From: Octopus vulgaris
Lineage: Eukaryota
Length of the DNA: 64,000 nucleotides
Assembly (NCBI GenBank): GCA_951406725.2
Contig: OX597822.1
Location: 77,252,001 to 77,316,000, forward strand
Direction of reading: 5' to 3'
Positions 26,805 to 38,721 of this stretch are shown piece by piece. The notes under the pieces were generated by a model. That model was not told where the DNA came from. It saw only the letters and a list, made by a program, of their open reading frames with translations, and made no database searches. Numbering within the stretch: the first letter of the stretch is position 1; the number at the start of each line of letters is the position of its first letter. Position numbers and translations under genes: made by a program.

Positions 26805-27613
26805 GAATCTTTTCTGTTTCGCTCGACCCGAGGAAATCTCAAAGTTTAGTGAAAATTTTAAAATTTGGTGTATTGATGTAATTTTTCACGCTGAATCCCG
26901 AGAGATATTTCACTTTTTCCAGAAATTATTTTAAAAATATATAGTGAGAGTTTTAAAGTTTGATAGTTCTTACTCACTCGGAAAACAGGACATGGAAGCT
27001 GTCATTTTGTGCGTGAGTGCACGTGTTGTCATCATTCTGAAAATAGCATGTTTTAATGTGAGACTGTAAATAAATCAAATTCTGCTTTACGAATAACATA
27101 TAAACCCTTCATAAATATTTTTATTCTTTGGAATTTTTAGAAAATTTTGCGAATTTGTATTCTACACGCGAGAATTCATACTTTTATGTAAACCCTACCC
27201 CCAATAATGTGCATAATTTTAGGCCTGTTTAGCTATTATATCTAGCACATCTCACGACCGGAATACGAGCAACAGCTGGGCACAAGCAGCAAAACAGAAC
27301 ACAACATCCGGGCATGTGGTTTCGCGTAGAATATATTTGTTAACACATGTGCATTCTCGCAGACAAAAGGGTTCTCATGTTTGGTTTGATACTACGGAAG
27401 CAGGCATGAATATATCTGTGACTTACGAATAGCTAAAATTACCCAAAATTTGAAAACTTTAAAAGCTGTTAACTCTTTATTTGTTGATTCATGGCGAAAA
27501 TGAATTTCAAGTCAATGATTAACATACAAAATTACATCTTTACACCAAGTATGAAATCAATTAGAACAGAAATTGAAGAAATCTCTAAGTCGCAGCCAAA
27601 CGGAAAAGATCTC
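26805..27613. mobile_element. Non-autonomous TIR element (GAG...CTC-like termini, possibly Sola-type)
   Basis: Left gaatcttttctgtttcgctcgac vs right reverse complement gagatcttttccgtttggctgcgac; ACATGCA on both flanks, but the context is low-complexity. Confidence 0.5.
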
Positions 27614-28921
27614 ACATGCATATATGTATAAATAAGAAGTATAAGATACGGATTCAGAGAATCGCGCAGCTAATACAGTAAGCTTCTCTTACAGACTCGG
27701 CTATCAGTCTACGTGGTAATCAATTACTAAATCGTGTAATGTCAAGTATCCATGTAATTGATAAGACAACTCGAGCGCTAAAATTGTTCCGTGAGAAGTG
27801 TATGTAAAAGAAATGAAGCCAGAGGGAGGAGAGAAAATTAAAAATAAAGTAATTCATTGTGTGTGAGTTTGTGTATTAGTAATATTGATACATATTTTCT
27901 AGATGCAACAACGTTAGCAAATGACTATAATATGATAAATGCTAATTTATGAATATCATAAATACATAGGTTAACTATTTAGAACCATGTTCAAACTTTA
28001 TGTGTGGAGTAGTGCATGTTTGTATATGCATGTTGGCACGTGTACATGTATGTCGTTGAAAGTGAGAGAGTGAAAAAGAAAGAATTTGTGCATGTAAGAG
28101 TACATGTGTATATATGTGCATGTGAGAGAGGTATACAAAAATAGATTACATACCCACTTGGTTTCGTTCGGCCGGCCAGTCGACCTTACACGTCACCTGA
28201 TCTGAAAATAAGATATTTCATATTTTTAGGCAGTACAAACAGTAAAGATGACTTGTTAATCGTTTGTCGTTTGTCATGCATAAAAACGGTTTTCATTTAA
28301 ACTTTTCAATGAGAAATTTGGGTATATATTGACAGTTTCTTCATACAAGGTTGAGGAAAGATGGGGTATGATATAGGGCATCTGTATGAGGTACAAGCCA
28401 CATAAATTTGTGCCATTTGTAAATTACTGTCTTATCTAAAACTGCTCATGGGATGCAGTTTTTATCTTCTTCATCTCTCTCAATTTCCAAATGTGCTTTG
28501 AACATGCAGATATATTTTCCTGGTGGTAAATATGGGCTGCGTTTTTGTACTGATGTGGGCGATCTTCTAGGAGTATTTTGCAAAATCGAAATTGCTTACT
28601 AATATGTTGCTGATGCAGACACCAACCCGGTATTAAATGCTTTTCGAGTTGAATTTGTCCTTACAATATATTTGCCTTGTGGCCCTTGAAGAGCTTATAC
28701 ATGTTTTCTGGGCTAATTTTACAGTTGCTTTCTTTAACAAAATCTTCAACATGTACACTAACGAAAGCCATCTTACAGCAGACTCTATAGGCCGAAACCG
28801 GAGTTAGCATATATGAATCTATACACTTCTTTCAAAAAAATTGTATTTGATATTTTTTATCTACACACCTCAGCATAAACAAAAGCTATTTGTGGGTGTG
28901 TGAATGTATATGTGTTGGGGT

Positions 28922-29003
<82 letters not shown>

Positions 29004-29170
29004 TGTGTGTATTAGCTAGCAAGCTTAATTGATACATACACAAACAGACTGAAAAACAGAAAAATAGATACCTAAATACGTTAGTCTCTGCTACATATTT
29101 TCATATTTACTTCATTATAATTGCATTCCGTTATTTATGTGTTTCTGTCGTCATTATTCTTATTATTATG

Positions 29171-29392
29171 AAGGCAATGAGTTGGCCGAATCGTTAGCAT
29201 TCTGGGTGAAATGCTTAGCGGTATTTTACCCGTCGCTACGTTATGAGTTCAAATTTCGCCGAGGTCGACTTTGTCTTTCATCCCTTCGGGGTCGATAAAT
29301 TAAGTACCAGTTGAGTAATGGGGTCGATACAATTGACTTAACCCCTCCCCTCCCCCAAATTTCAGGCCTCATGCCTAGAATAGAAAGGATTA
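29171..29392 (+). mobile_element. SINE family B monomer (second copy at 29755-29970)
   Basis: Head, central domain and tail present. Confidence 0.82.
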
Positions 29393-29404
29393 TTCTTCTT
29401 ATTT

Positions 29405-29740
29405 TGGTTTGGCTCAGGTTTGATCTTCTTCCTGGTACGATTTATGTAGGTAACGGGTTACTACCTGTAACCTTAGGTATCCACAAGTTTCCCGCTGTCT
29501 TTCAAGTACTTAGAGCCCTCCTGATAATCTTTGTTGTCCTTAAGAGACAACCTTTCAGTAGGAGCTCTACTGGGCATTCTGTTCGAATCTCCTTCAGCCA
29601 TTTTTTTGTCTATACCTTTACTTACTGTTCCCAGTGCACCAATTATAATAGGTACGACCTTTACTGTTCGCATGCTCCAAATTCTTCCTGTTTCAAATTT
29701 CAAGGAATTGTATTTTTTGTTTGTTTTCTTCCTCTTTCTT
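29405..29740 (-). mobile_element. Dong/R4-type (RLE) non-LTR retrotransposon 3' fragment
   Basis: RIWSMRTVKVVPIIIGALGTV, then frameshifted LKEIRIECPVELLLKGCLLRTTKIIRR. Confidence 0.7.
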
Positions 29741-30000
29741 CAATTTTGGAAATTTAGGCTGTGGCCTGGCAGAATCGTTAGCACACCGGACAAAATGCTT
29801 CGCGGCATTTCGTCCGTCGTCCGTCCTTACATTCTGAGTTGAAACTCCGCCGAGGTTGGTTTTGCCTTTCATCCTTGAAAGGCAATAAGTACCAGTTACA
29901 CACTGGGGTTGATGTAATCGACAATCCTCCCCCTCAAAAAATTCAGGCTTTGTGCCTATTGTAGAAAATATTATTATTGTTGTTGTTGTTGTTTATATAT

Positions 30001-30035
30001 TTATCTATTTATTTATTTATTTATTTATTTTTCAG
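30001..30035 (+). promoter_or_regulatory. Probable 3' splice acceptor for the LRR coding exon (implies an upstream non-coding exon)
   Basis: T-rich tract ending ...ttatttttcag at 30035, 17 nt before the ATG. Confidence 0.6.
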
Positions 30036-30052
30036 ATGCAGCATGAAAGAAC

Positions 30053-31666
30053 ATGAACGCTGTACTGCTATTCACATGGCTGGGCTTGGTGGGCAGCGTT
30101 CTTGTTGCGAGAGTTTGGTCTGGCTCTGTGTTGGAATGTCCATCAACATTTCCCTGCAACTGCTCAGTGGCTGTCGACAAAATGACTCTTGACTTTCTTC
30201 TCATGGTCAACTGCTCTTCCCGTGGCCTGTCTAAATTTCCAGAACTGAAGTTTCATGACAAGTCGAAAGTAGGACTAATAGATTTTCGAAATAACTCGCT
30301 TGGTACGATTCCACCGAATGCTTTTCCCAATATAAAAATTGAAATTCTTGACTTTAGTTACAGTGAAAATTTGACCATTCATAAACATGCATTACAACCC
30401 ATCCGAGATTATTTACAGAAAATCATTTTGGTCGAGATGGGAATTAATTTCCAAGAACAGTTGTATTTCTTACATGATATGATACAGCTTCGTGAACTAG
30501 TTTTAGATAAAAATGGCGGCTGGTTAATCCCATTTCCTGGTGGTTATTTCCGTGGATTAAGACTTCTTTCTTTGAACAAGTTAAGTCTCAAGTCGTGTGG
30601 GATTTTTCGCATCTCCTGGGGAGCCTTTGTAGAATTGGATCAATTACAAGAACTGGATCTTTCTAAGAATTTTCTCACTAAAATACCATCGGAGATTTCT
30701 CGCTTGAGGAAATTAAGAAAACTCGTATTGAATTCGAATCAGATCAACACTATCCCGGAAAATACATTCCAAAACCTGAAAGATCTCCGTGAGTTGTATT
30801 TAGTATCGAATCAGTTACTGTCAACAACATCCATTCACAAAAACTCGTTTGGAGGACTGGCTAACTCACTTCGTTTGATAGACTTCAGTAATAACGATAT
30901 GCCAGCAGTCCCTATCCACGGTTTAAAATATATGGATTCTTTGGAGACCCTTATCCTGAGCGACAATCGAATTTCTTATCTGGCCAATGACTCCTTTAAT
31001 GGTACCTTCAGACTAAAGACTTTGGACATCAGTGGTAACCGAATTGAAATTGAAGAGGACATGTTTTCCGGGCTAGAAGACAGCCTGGTCACACTGTACA
31101 TGAAAAACACCAAACTAGATCACATGCCTGTTAAAGCTTTGAAACATTTACGTAAATTAACCTTTATTGATGTTTCGTACAACAATTTCCAAAACATCGA
31201 TGAAGAGTTTTTCCGCGGTCTTAAAGCCAGGAACATCGTCATGCGCTCTATGAGGATACGTCGTATATCCCCTAAAGCCTTCAAAATCCTCAAGCGGCCA
31301 ATTGTCTTCGATATTGCTGGTAATAAAGTGGATGATGTTACCTTTGTAGTCCAGGCACCGCAATGTACGTTTTACGAATTGAACCTCAGCGAAAACCCTA
31401 TTGACTGTTCTTGCAAGGTGGAAAGAATCATAAACAGCGGCTCGGTGGAGCACCTGAATGGCTCGTGTTACACACCCGCAAACTACCACGGTTACAAGCT
31501 GAACGAGTCCTTTGGTCTCACTCTTAAAAAAACTTGTGGTTCAACTGAACGTATTTTCTGTGACTGGCAAGATGAAAGCAAAGCTAGTAGAGGTATGATG
31601 TCTCGGGCAATATTAAATTGCCTCGTTACTTTGTCTGTGATTCTAGCCATTATTACTGACTCGTAA
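30053..31666 (+). CDS. Extracellular leucine-rich-repeat protein, 537 aa (signal peptide, LRRNT, about a dozen LRRs, LRRCT, probable GPI-anchor signal; chaoptin/connectin-like architecture)
   Basis: Uninterrupted non-repetitive ORF. Hydrophobic N-terminus MNAVLLFTWLGLVGSVLVA; LRRNT CPSTFPCNC...VNCSSRGLSKFP; repeated LxxLxLxxN motifs (LQELDLSKN, LRKLVLNSN, LRELYLVSN, LETLILSDN, LKTLDISGN); LRRCT NPIDCSC...CYTP; terminal hydrophobic stretch AILNCLVTLSVILAII. An in-frame TGA at 30044-30046 fixes the start at 30053. Confidence 0.95.
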   Translation: MNAVLLFTWLGLVGSVLVARVWSGSVLECPSTFPCNCSVAVDKMTLDFLLMVNCSSRGLSKFPELKFHDKSKVGLIDFRNNSLGTIPPNAFPNIKIEILDFSYSENLTIHKHALQPIRDYLQKIILVEMGINFQEQLYFLHDMIQLRELVLDKNGGWLIPFPGGYFRGLRLLSLNKLSLKSCGIFRISWGAFVELDQLQELDLSKNFLTKIPSEISRLRKLRKLVLNSNQINTIPENTFQNLKDLRELYLVSNQLLSTTSIHKNSFGGLANSLRLIDFSNNDMPAVPIHGLKYMDSLETLILSDNRISYLANDSFNGTFRLKTLDISGNRIEIEEDMFSGLEDSLVTLYMKNTKLDHMPVKALKHLRKLTFIDVSYNNFQNIDEEFFRGLKARNIVMRSMRIRRISPKAFKILKRPIVFDIAGNKVDDVTFVVQAPQCTFYELNLSENPIDCSCKVERIINSGSVEHLNGSCYTPANYHGYKLNESFGLTLKKTCGSTERIFCDWQDESKASRGMMSRAILNCLVTLSVILAIITDS

Positions 31667-31690
31667 TAATTATAGAATAACTTTCAAAAC

Positions 31691-31706
31691 AATAAAAGTG
31701 AATAAA
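31691..31706 (+). terminator. Tandem AATAAA polyadenylation signals of the LRR gene
   Basis: AATAAA at 31691-31696 and 31701-31706, followed by T/GT-rich sequence at 31720-31760. Confidence 0.55.
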
Positions 31707-31877
31707 TTACCAAATGCGATTTTTTATTTATTTTTCTAATTGTTCTTGTTGTTGTTTTTACCTTTCGTCCTTTCCGATTCGACAAAATGAAGAACCAGTC
31801 GAGCAATGAATCAATGATATCAACTAATACTCCACCACCCCAGCCTCCGCCTTGTATCTAAATCAGAAACCATCATT

Positions 31878-32079
31878 CTTTTCTACTCTAGGTACAAGGC
31901 CCGAAATTTTGGGGTCGATTAGATTGACCCCAGTGCGCAACTGGTACTTAATGTATCGACCTTGAAAGGATGAAAGGTAAAGCCGACCTCGGCGGAATTT
32001 GTACTCAGAGCATGAAGACAGACGAAATAACGCTAAGCATTTTCCCCGGCGTGCTAACGTTTCTACCAGCTCGCTGCCT
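31878..32079 (-). mobile_element. SINE family B monomer with 19-bp TSD, inserted in the tail of an older family B copy
   Basis: TAAATCAGAAACCAT(C/T)ATT at 31859-31877 and 32080-32098. Confidence 0.85.
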
Positions 32080-32461
32080 TAAATCAGAAACCATTATTAT
32101 TAGAGAATGTTGGATTGGGAGGACCATGGGAGCGTCGGGGAAAATGTATTGCGGCATTTGTCCCACCACTTTTATGTTCCGAGTTCAAATTCCGCCGAGA
32201 CCTGCTTTGCCTTTCACCCTTTCATAATTGAAAACCACAGTAACAGTCAAGTACTGATGTTGACACAATCGACTAATCCCTTCTCCTTAAGACTACCGGT
32301 CTTGATCCAAATTTTGAAAGAATTATTATTATTATTATTATTGTCTTTGTTGTTGTAGTTGATTTGTTCTATATTAGCTGTTTCAGATCTTACTCAGGGT
32401 AGCTCAAGTAATTGCAAGTTGGTCTAAAGTGGGAGCTAATTATGATTAGCAATGATATATT

Positions 32462-32860
32462 CTCTTCTACTCTAAGCACAAGGCCCGAAATTTTGGGGCA
32501 CGGGGCCAGTCGATTACATTGACCCCAGTACGAAACCGGTACTTAATTTACCGACCCCAAAGGGATGAAAGGCAAAGTCGACCTCGGTGGAATTTGAACA
32601 CAGAACGTAAAAGACAGACGAAATACCTATTTCTTTATTACCCACAAGAGGCTAAACATAGAGGGGACAAACAAGGACAGACAAACGGATTAAGCTGATT
32701 ACATCGCCCCCAGTGCGTAACTGGTACTTAATTTATCGATCCCGAAAGGATGAAAAGCAAAGTTGACCTCGGCGGAATTTGAACTCAGAACGTAGCGGCA
32801 GACGAAATATCGGTAAGCATTTCGCCCGGCGTGCTAACGATTCTGCCAGCTCGCCGCCCT
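32462..32860 (-). mobile_element. SINE family B dimer with 17-bp TSD
   Basis: ATTA(G/T)CAATGATATATT at 32445-32461 and 32861-32877. Confidence 0.88.
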
Positions 32861-32926
32861 ATTATCAATGATATATTGCAAGTAAAAGAAATCAAATACT
32901 GAGGACTGAGATTTTATCAGACGAAA

Positions 32927-33320
32927 AGGCGGTGAGCTGGCAGAATCGTTAGCACACCGGGCGAAATGCGTAGCCGTATTTCGTCTGCTGTTACGTTCAA
33001 ATTCCGCCGAGGTCGACTTTGCCTTTCATCCTTTCGGGGTCGATTAAATAAGAACCAGTTACGTACTGGGGTCGATATAATCGACTTAATCCGTTTGTCT
33101 GTCCTTGTTTGTCCTCTCTGTGTTTAGCCCCTTGTGGGTAGTAAAGAAATAGGTATTTCGTCCGTTCTTACGTTCTGAGTTCAAATTCCGCCGAGGTCGA
33201 CTTTGCCTTTCATCTTTTCGGGGTCGATAAATTAAGTACCAGTGAAGCACTGGAGTCGATGTAATAGACAACTCTTCTCCTCCAAAATTTTGGGTCTTGT
33301 GTCTATAGTAGAAAGGATTA
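32927..33320 (+). mobile_element. SINE family B dimer
   Basis: aggcggtgagctggcagaatcgttagc head, duplicated central domain, tail tagtagaaagg(att)n. Confidence 0.88.
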
Positions 33321-33327
33321 TTATTAC

Positions 33328-33420
33328 AGGGGTATGGTTTTCAGTCGTGTTTGTTTGTCTGTGGACAAGATATCTCAAGAACCACAGGATGGATTCAGAT
33401 GAAACTTTCAGGGTTGATTA
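33328..33420 (+). mobile_element. Helentron/HINE-like non-autonomous fragment
   Basis: ggtatggttttcagtcgtgtttgtttgtctgtggacaagatatctcaagaacc...ggatggattcagatgaaacttt resembles DINE/HINE-type ends (from memory). Confidence 0.45.
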
Positions 33421-33559
33421 TTTAATTGGATATTTACTGTGTAGAGTGTTTAGGATTGTTTTGTTTGGGTTGTATTGTTGAATTGATAGTACCTTGTGTA
33501 GGAATGTAGGCTGTTCGCAGCAGGACTATTTTTTGGATAGTGTGTGAGCGTTTAGTATC

Positions 33560-34305
33560 CGGGTATAGCTTCTACATTTTCTGCTGCTCTGTTTTCCTTT
33601 TTTTTTTTTTTTGTTATCCATGCCCAGTGCCCCAATTATTACTGATATTGTTTTCACCTGTTCTCAGTAGAGCAGATTTCTGAATTAATGCAACTCTTAT
33701 AGTTAGACCTATCTCCATAAAGGATCTGTTAAATCTGCTGGTGGCCGTACCTAAGCTACTTATAACAAATCAAACTACTTTTTTAGAAACCCTCAACAGT
33801 CGTCGTATTTCCCTCGCCAAATCCTGACATTTTCCTATTTTCTCTTCCCCCCGCTGCAGATATATCCACATCTATGATGGTGAAGAACCCTCTTTTTCCA
33901 ATGTGAAGAACCTAATATCTGGTCACCTGGCATGAATGTGCGATCAATCTGTACATTAAAATCCCATAAAATCTTGTTTTAGTCGTTCTCTATTATATTT
34001 TCTGGTTGATGCTCGCAACATTTTCTTCCTACTCTAAATCCTCTTCAATATATCCCAGTGCAGTACCTTGGCCATAGAGCCGTGTCTGTGTCTTTATTCC
34101 TTCTGTGCCAAAGTACTACAGGAACTGTATAATGGTTTTCAGTCGTGTTTGTTTGTCCTCTTTCTCATTACATACTCTACACTTTTCACAGAATTTTCTA
34201 CCTTTGATTTAATGATATTCGTCCGCAATGACTGACTTTGAGCGGTCATTATGCGTCCCTCTGTTTCTTTCTTAAGGTCTCTATTCGTCAGTCATAACTA
34301 AATAT
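33560..34305 (-). mobile_element. Dong/R4-type non-LTR remnant (CCHC knuckle and RLE region)
   Basis: Decayed motifs DLKKETEGRIMTAQSQSLRTNIIK; KCRVCNEKE; SSCSTLAQKE*RHRH; KVLHWD; EHQPENIIEN; KILWDFNVQIDR; KTISVIIGALGM. Confidence 0.75.
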
Positions 34306-34308
34306 TCC

Positions 34309-35034
34309 GGATCTTTACCTTTTGACCTACAGATTTAAAAAATAATTTTTTGTAACTAAACACTTTCAAACTTCGGACACTGGTAGAATGTGTCATATAA
34401 AACATCTTTTACTCTTAGCATTTTTGAGAAAAACTTATGTTTACGAAGTTATTTCACATTAAAGTAGTCCTATTTCGGTAATTTCAACCAATCAATGACG
34501 TGTATTCAGCTGAATAAAATTACTGCCGTTGTTTGTCAACAAGAACTTTCGGAGGCGTATTTTTTGTTTGTCACTGTTATTTAGGACAACTCTAACCTTA
34601 AAACTTTAACCCTAACCCTAACCCTAAAGCCCTAACCCTAAAACCCTAACCCTAAAACCTTAACCCTAAAACCCCAACCCTAACCCTAAAACACTAACCA
34701 TAACCTTAAAACCTTAACGCTAAAACCAGTCGAAATGCACGAACGATGTCATAAATAACAGTGACAAACGAAATATCCACCGCCGATAGTTGCTGTTGAC
34801 CAACAACGGCAGTAATTTTATTCGGCTGAATATACGTCATTGATTGGTTGAAATTACCGAAATAGGACTACTTTAACGTGAAATTACTTCGCAAATATGT
34901 TTTTCTCAAAAATGCTACGAGTAAAAGATGTTTTTTTTTTTTTTATATGACACATTCTACCAGTGTCCGAAGTTTGAAAGTGTTTAGTTATAAAAAATTA
35001 TTTTTTTAATCTGTAGGTCAAAAGGTAAAGATCC
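34309..35034. mobile_element. Foldback MITE with ~280-bp TIRs and a central telomere-like (AACCCT)n core
   Basis: GGATCTTTACCTTTTGACCTACAGATT... at 34309 and its reverse complement ending at 35034; arms about 34309-34588 and 34747-35034; TCC on both flanks. Confidence 0.9.
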
Positions 35035-35167
35035 TCCTGATTATCCTCCTGATAATCTTTCCTGTCCCTAAACGGCAAGCCTTCTGCAGAAGCTCTACAG
35101 GACACTCTATTCCAATCTCCTTCAACCATCTCTCTATATCTTTACCCACAGTTCCCACTGCACCAAT

Positions 35168-35170
<3 letters not shown>
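35035..35170 (-). mobile_element. Dong/R4-type C-terminal fragment abutting (CTA)n
   Basis: VIGAVGTVGKDIERWLKEIGIECPVELLQKACRLGTGKIIRR. Confidence 0.7.
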
Positions 35171-35202
<32 letters not shown>

Positions 35203-36576
35203 TGTTATATCTAATCTGAAGATCACGGTTATGCAACATTCTATGGAATTGTATTTTTTGTGTACTATGTCTCTCCACACATCTCCAACCTCGTTAATAT
35301 AATTTGATAAGGAACTGACTAATGAGGATGTGTGCATGTCTATTAATTCTTTCAACCCCTACTGAAACCACGTTCATCAATCTTCGAAAATTCACATTTG
35401 AAAATATACATATATACAATTTATGATACAAACGATAAAAGAAGAGAAATGGCCATAGGAGTATTAAGGTTCGGTGTCATCAACTTTCCAGTAAAATAGA
35501 AGGGGGTAGATATGATTTTCTTCACTTTATTCTAGTAGCATGTAATAGCGGAGGAAGCGGTACAAAAAAGATGTACGCATATGTATTGCTGTGTGTACGT
35601 GCACATGATACACCCCTTTGCTCACTCTTTTTCTCTCTTTTTTCTCTCGCTCTCTCTTTCACACACACACGCCCATTTCATATATACGTACATGCATCCT
35701 TTACTTTCTCCTCTCTTTCACTTTAAAACAAAAGTAAATAATTTTTTTTACGGAAATTAACGAACTCCGGATGACAGTTCTGAGAGTTAAAGCGAAAGAT
35801 CGCCATTCACTTGAAAACAAATTTTTAAAAAACAGTAAAATACAGTGTTTAAAAAAAGCTAAAATATAAATACTCACTGTACAGACAACTTACATTTTTT
35901 AAATCACATTCAAGTTTAAAATATTTCTAAATGATTAAAATATTGTGTACATCAAAAAGTCGATGTTTTTCTTTCTTAGAGAGCGTGAAGACTATGTGTG
36001 TGTATATGTCACAGATAGTGGACATGTGTTTGTGTTGATTGGCAGCCATGACATTCATTATATGTGCGTGTATTCTGTACATGTGTATCTGTTGACGTCA
36101 TGGAAGCTATGTTTTTTTTTCAAGAAATAACAAAAATTGTGTTTAATCGCTTTCATTAATAGACGTCCTGACTTGCTTAAAGTGGTGCGCAATAGGATTG
36201 ATCCCGTAATCACGTGGTTGCAAAGGTTAGCTTCTTAGCCACACAGCCACACCAACGACTATAATATTGACATTAGAAAGATTTTGTTTTGTCTTCTAAT
36301 TTATCTGTGTGTTTGTTTTAAGACGTTAACCAACTTTCTCTTCTCTCTTCTGTCTGAAAGGGTCGGGTTCAGATACATACTTTATACATACATACCTATG
36401 TCTACATATACACACATATATACATACATATACACACACATACGCGTACACACCTATACATATACATACACATACATATATATATATACATACATACATA
36501 TACAGATATACATACACACACACATATATACATATACGTATATACATACATAATGTGTATATATATATATATATAT

Positions 36577-37249
36577 ATCAATCAATATAAGGGTAACAAG
36601 AAATTCAAGAAAAATTTTCTGCCACCAGCGGTCAAGTGAGAAAATAGAAATAGTCACAGACTATATGATACATTCAACAAAATATTAAGGAATGACCCTG
36701 AGAAGGTCGTTCGACTCACTTGAAAAGAGCAGCTAAAACTCAAAACCGCAAAAAATAGTAGTAATTATGAAACTAGAGGAAAATAAAAAACATTTATCCC
36801 CTTCAAACTTTGTACCCTGCAAGGTTTCAACATCTTCACGCAATCAAATTTAATTAAATTAAATTAAATCCGTTTACGCTTGGCTTGTCTCGTCAGCAAA
36901 GTCACCAAAATAGGAGGCAGATATATATACACGAGGCTACACCATCTAAGCCTCGGGTCTATATATCGTAAATTTTCGAATTCACCGTAATCGCGCCATC
37001 TACTCCGCAGCAAATATAAGCTGCTGATACAAATTTCATAATTAGTCAAAAATTCATTAATCAATCAATATAAGGGTAACGAAAAATTCAAGAAAAATTT
37101 TCTGCCACCAGCGGTCAAGTGAGAAAATAGAAATAGTCACAGACTATATGATACATTCAACAAAATATTAAGGAATGACCCTGAGAAGGTCGTTCGACTC
37201 ACTTGAAAAGAGCAGCTAAAACTCAAAACCGCAAAAAATAGTAGTAATT
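36577..37249. repeat. 190-bp near-identical direct repeat with 293-bp spacer, embedded in (TA)n
   Basis: 36577-36766 vs 37060-37249; two mismatches seen. Confidence 0.9.
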
Positions 37250-37250
37250 G

Positions 37251-37313
<63 letters not shown>

Positions 37314-37316
37314 CAT

Positions 37317-37347
<31 letters not shown>

Positions 37348-38262
37348 TACATACATACATACATACATACATACATACATACGTACATACATACATATAT
37401 ACATACATACATACACGCACAGTATGTACAGCGTGGTAAAATTGGTGTCTCCTATCATACTTTCAGTATATCTATGGTAGCCCAGTTTCTTTCTTTTCAT
37501 TGTTATTACTTTATCGAAAAGTTTTATCTTTGGAGGAGATGATGTCTTTCGTTGGTCCATAGGAAAATATTCTATCGATTTTGATTCTTTAACTATTTCC
37601 ACCTTTGCATTATTGTCATATTCAAGATTTCCAGCTTTAGATATATTTCTACCCTTAGATCTTTTCACTTGTATTCACATTTTCGTTTGTGTAAATCAGG
37701 TTCGGTTTCTTTTTTTTTGTTTTGTTAATCGATATTTTGTAGGCATACTGTGGTTTGGTTTCATTGTATCGCTCTCTCTCGCTCTCTCCCTCCTCCCCCT
37801 CTCTATCTCTCTCGCTTTCTCTTTCAATATTCCGTTTGCTTCGCTTCCGATAGATCTATCTTCATGATCTACGTTTCTCATTGTTTAAACTTTTAATGCT
37901 TTTTTTTTCTTTCTCCCTGCGCTTGTGTTTTTTTTTTATTCGTTGTTACTATTTATGTATTCTATCTTTATTTTAAATGTTTTATTTCTCTGTCTGATAT
38001 CTTGTTGGTTTCAAGTATGTATCCTATTAAATGCGCTAGTTTATTGAACTCCAAACTTCTATTTACATTAGCATTATTTTGTTGCCAGACATGCAAATAT
38101 TATGAAAATATATTCATCTCAGGTAGTTTGATATCTTTTCTGTTTTATTTGCGAGATTTGAGATGTGTTACAGTATCAAGTATCGATTATGTGAGAGTTA
38201 GTCTTATGTTATTTTATTGGGTAGTGAATGGGTAGAATATATATGTTTTGTAGATTGGGCTT

Positions 38263-38395
38263 GAGACGTTTTGGCACAGCTGTTTTGGGCGCCGCCAATT
38301 TGGCACCCCCTATTTGGCAATGACTATTTGGCGCGGGCTAGTTGGCGCCCACTATTTGGTGTCGCTTATTTTGTGTCGCTTATTTGGCGCCGCTG
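38263..38395. repeat. ~15-bp tandem repeat (ctatttggcgccg-like), probable transposon subterminal array
   Basis: About eight recurring tttggc/ttggcgc units. Confidence 0.65.
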
Positions 38396-38721
38396 ACTTA
38401 CTTGACAGCTGAAGTTTTCTCTCTCTCTCTCTCTCTCGATATGTCTCGCTATCTGTATCAGGAGAAGCAATGTGTATATCAACCGGTTAATTATTAAATT
38501 GTGATGCTTTAAGCAGCGATCTAGCATGCCGTTAGTATGCCGGATAATCGCTAGCGGCATTTCGTCCGTCTCTAGATTCTAGGTTCAAACGACGGTGATT
38601 TTGATCATCATATATCGCGGTTCATCTATCACGGTTTACTATTTAAGCTTACGTCCTTTCCTTCGTGGTGATTTTTTTTTTTTGCATTTATAATAAAATA
38701 TACAAATTATAAAAAAAGGAA

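Noticed and set aside
28768-28810. Additional hammerhead-like fragments (also ~18860-18920 and 36871-36896, minus)
   Set aside because: Core or stems too degenerate to distinguish from chance.
31157-31489. 110-aa antisense ORF inside the LRR gene
   Set aside because: Shadow ORF with no independent evidence.
34592-34727. Telomere or chromosome-fusion scar
   Set aside because: Short, one orientation, and enclosed by MITE arms.
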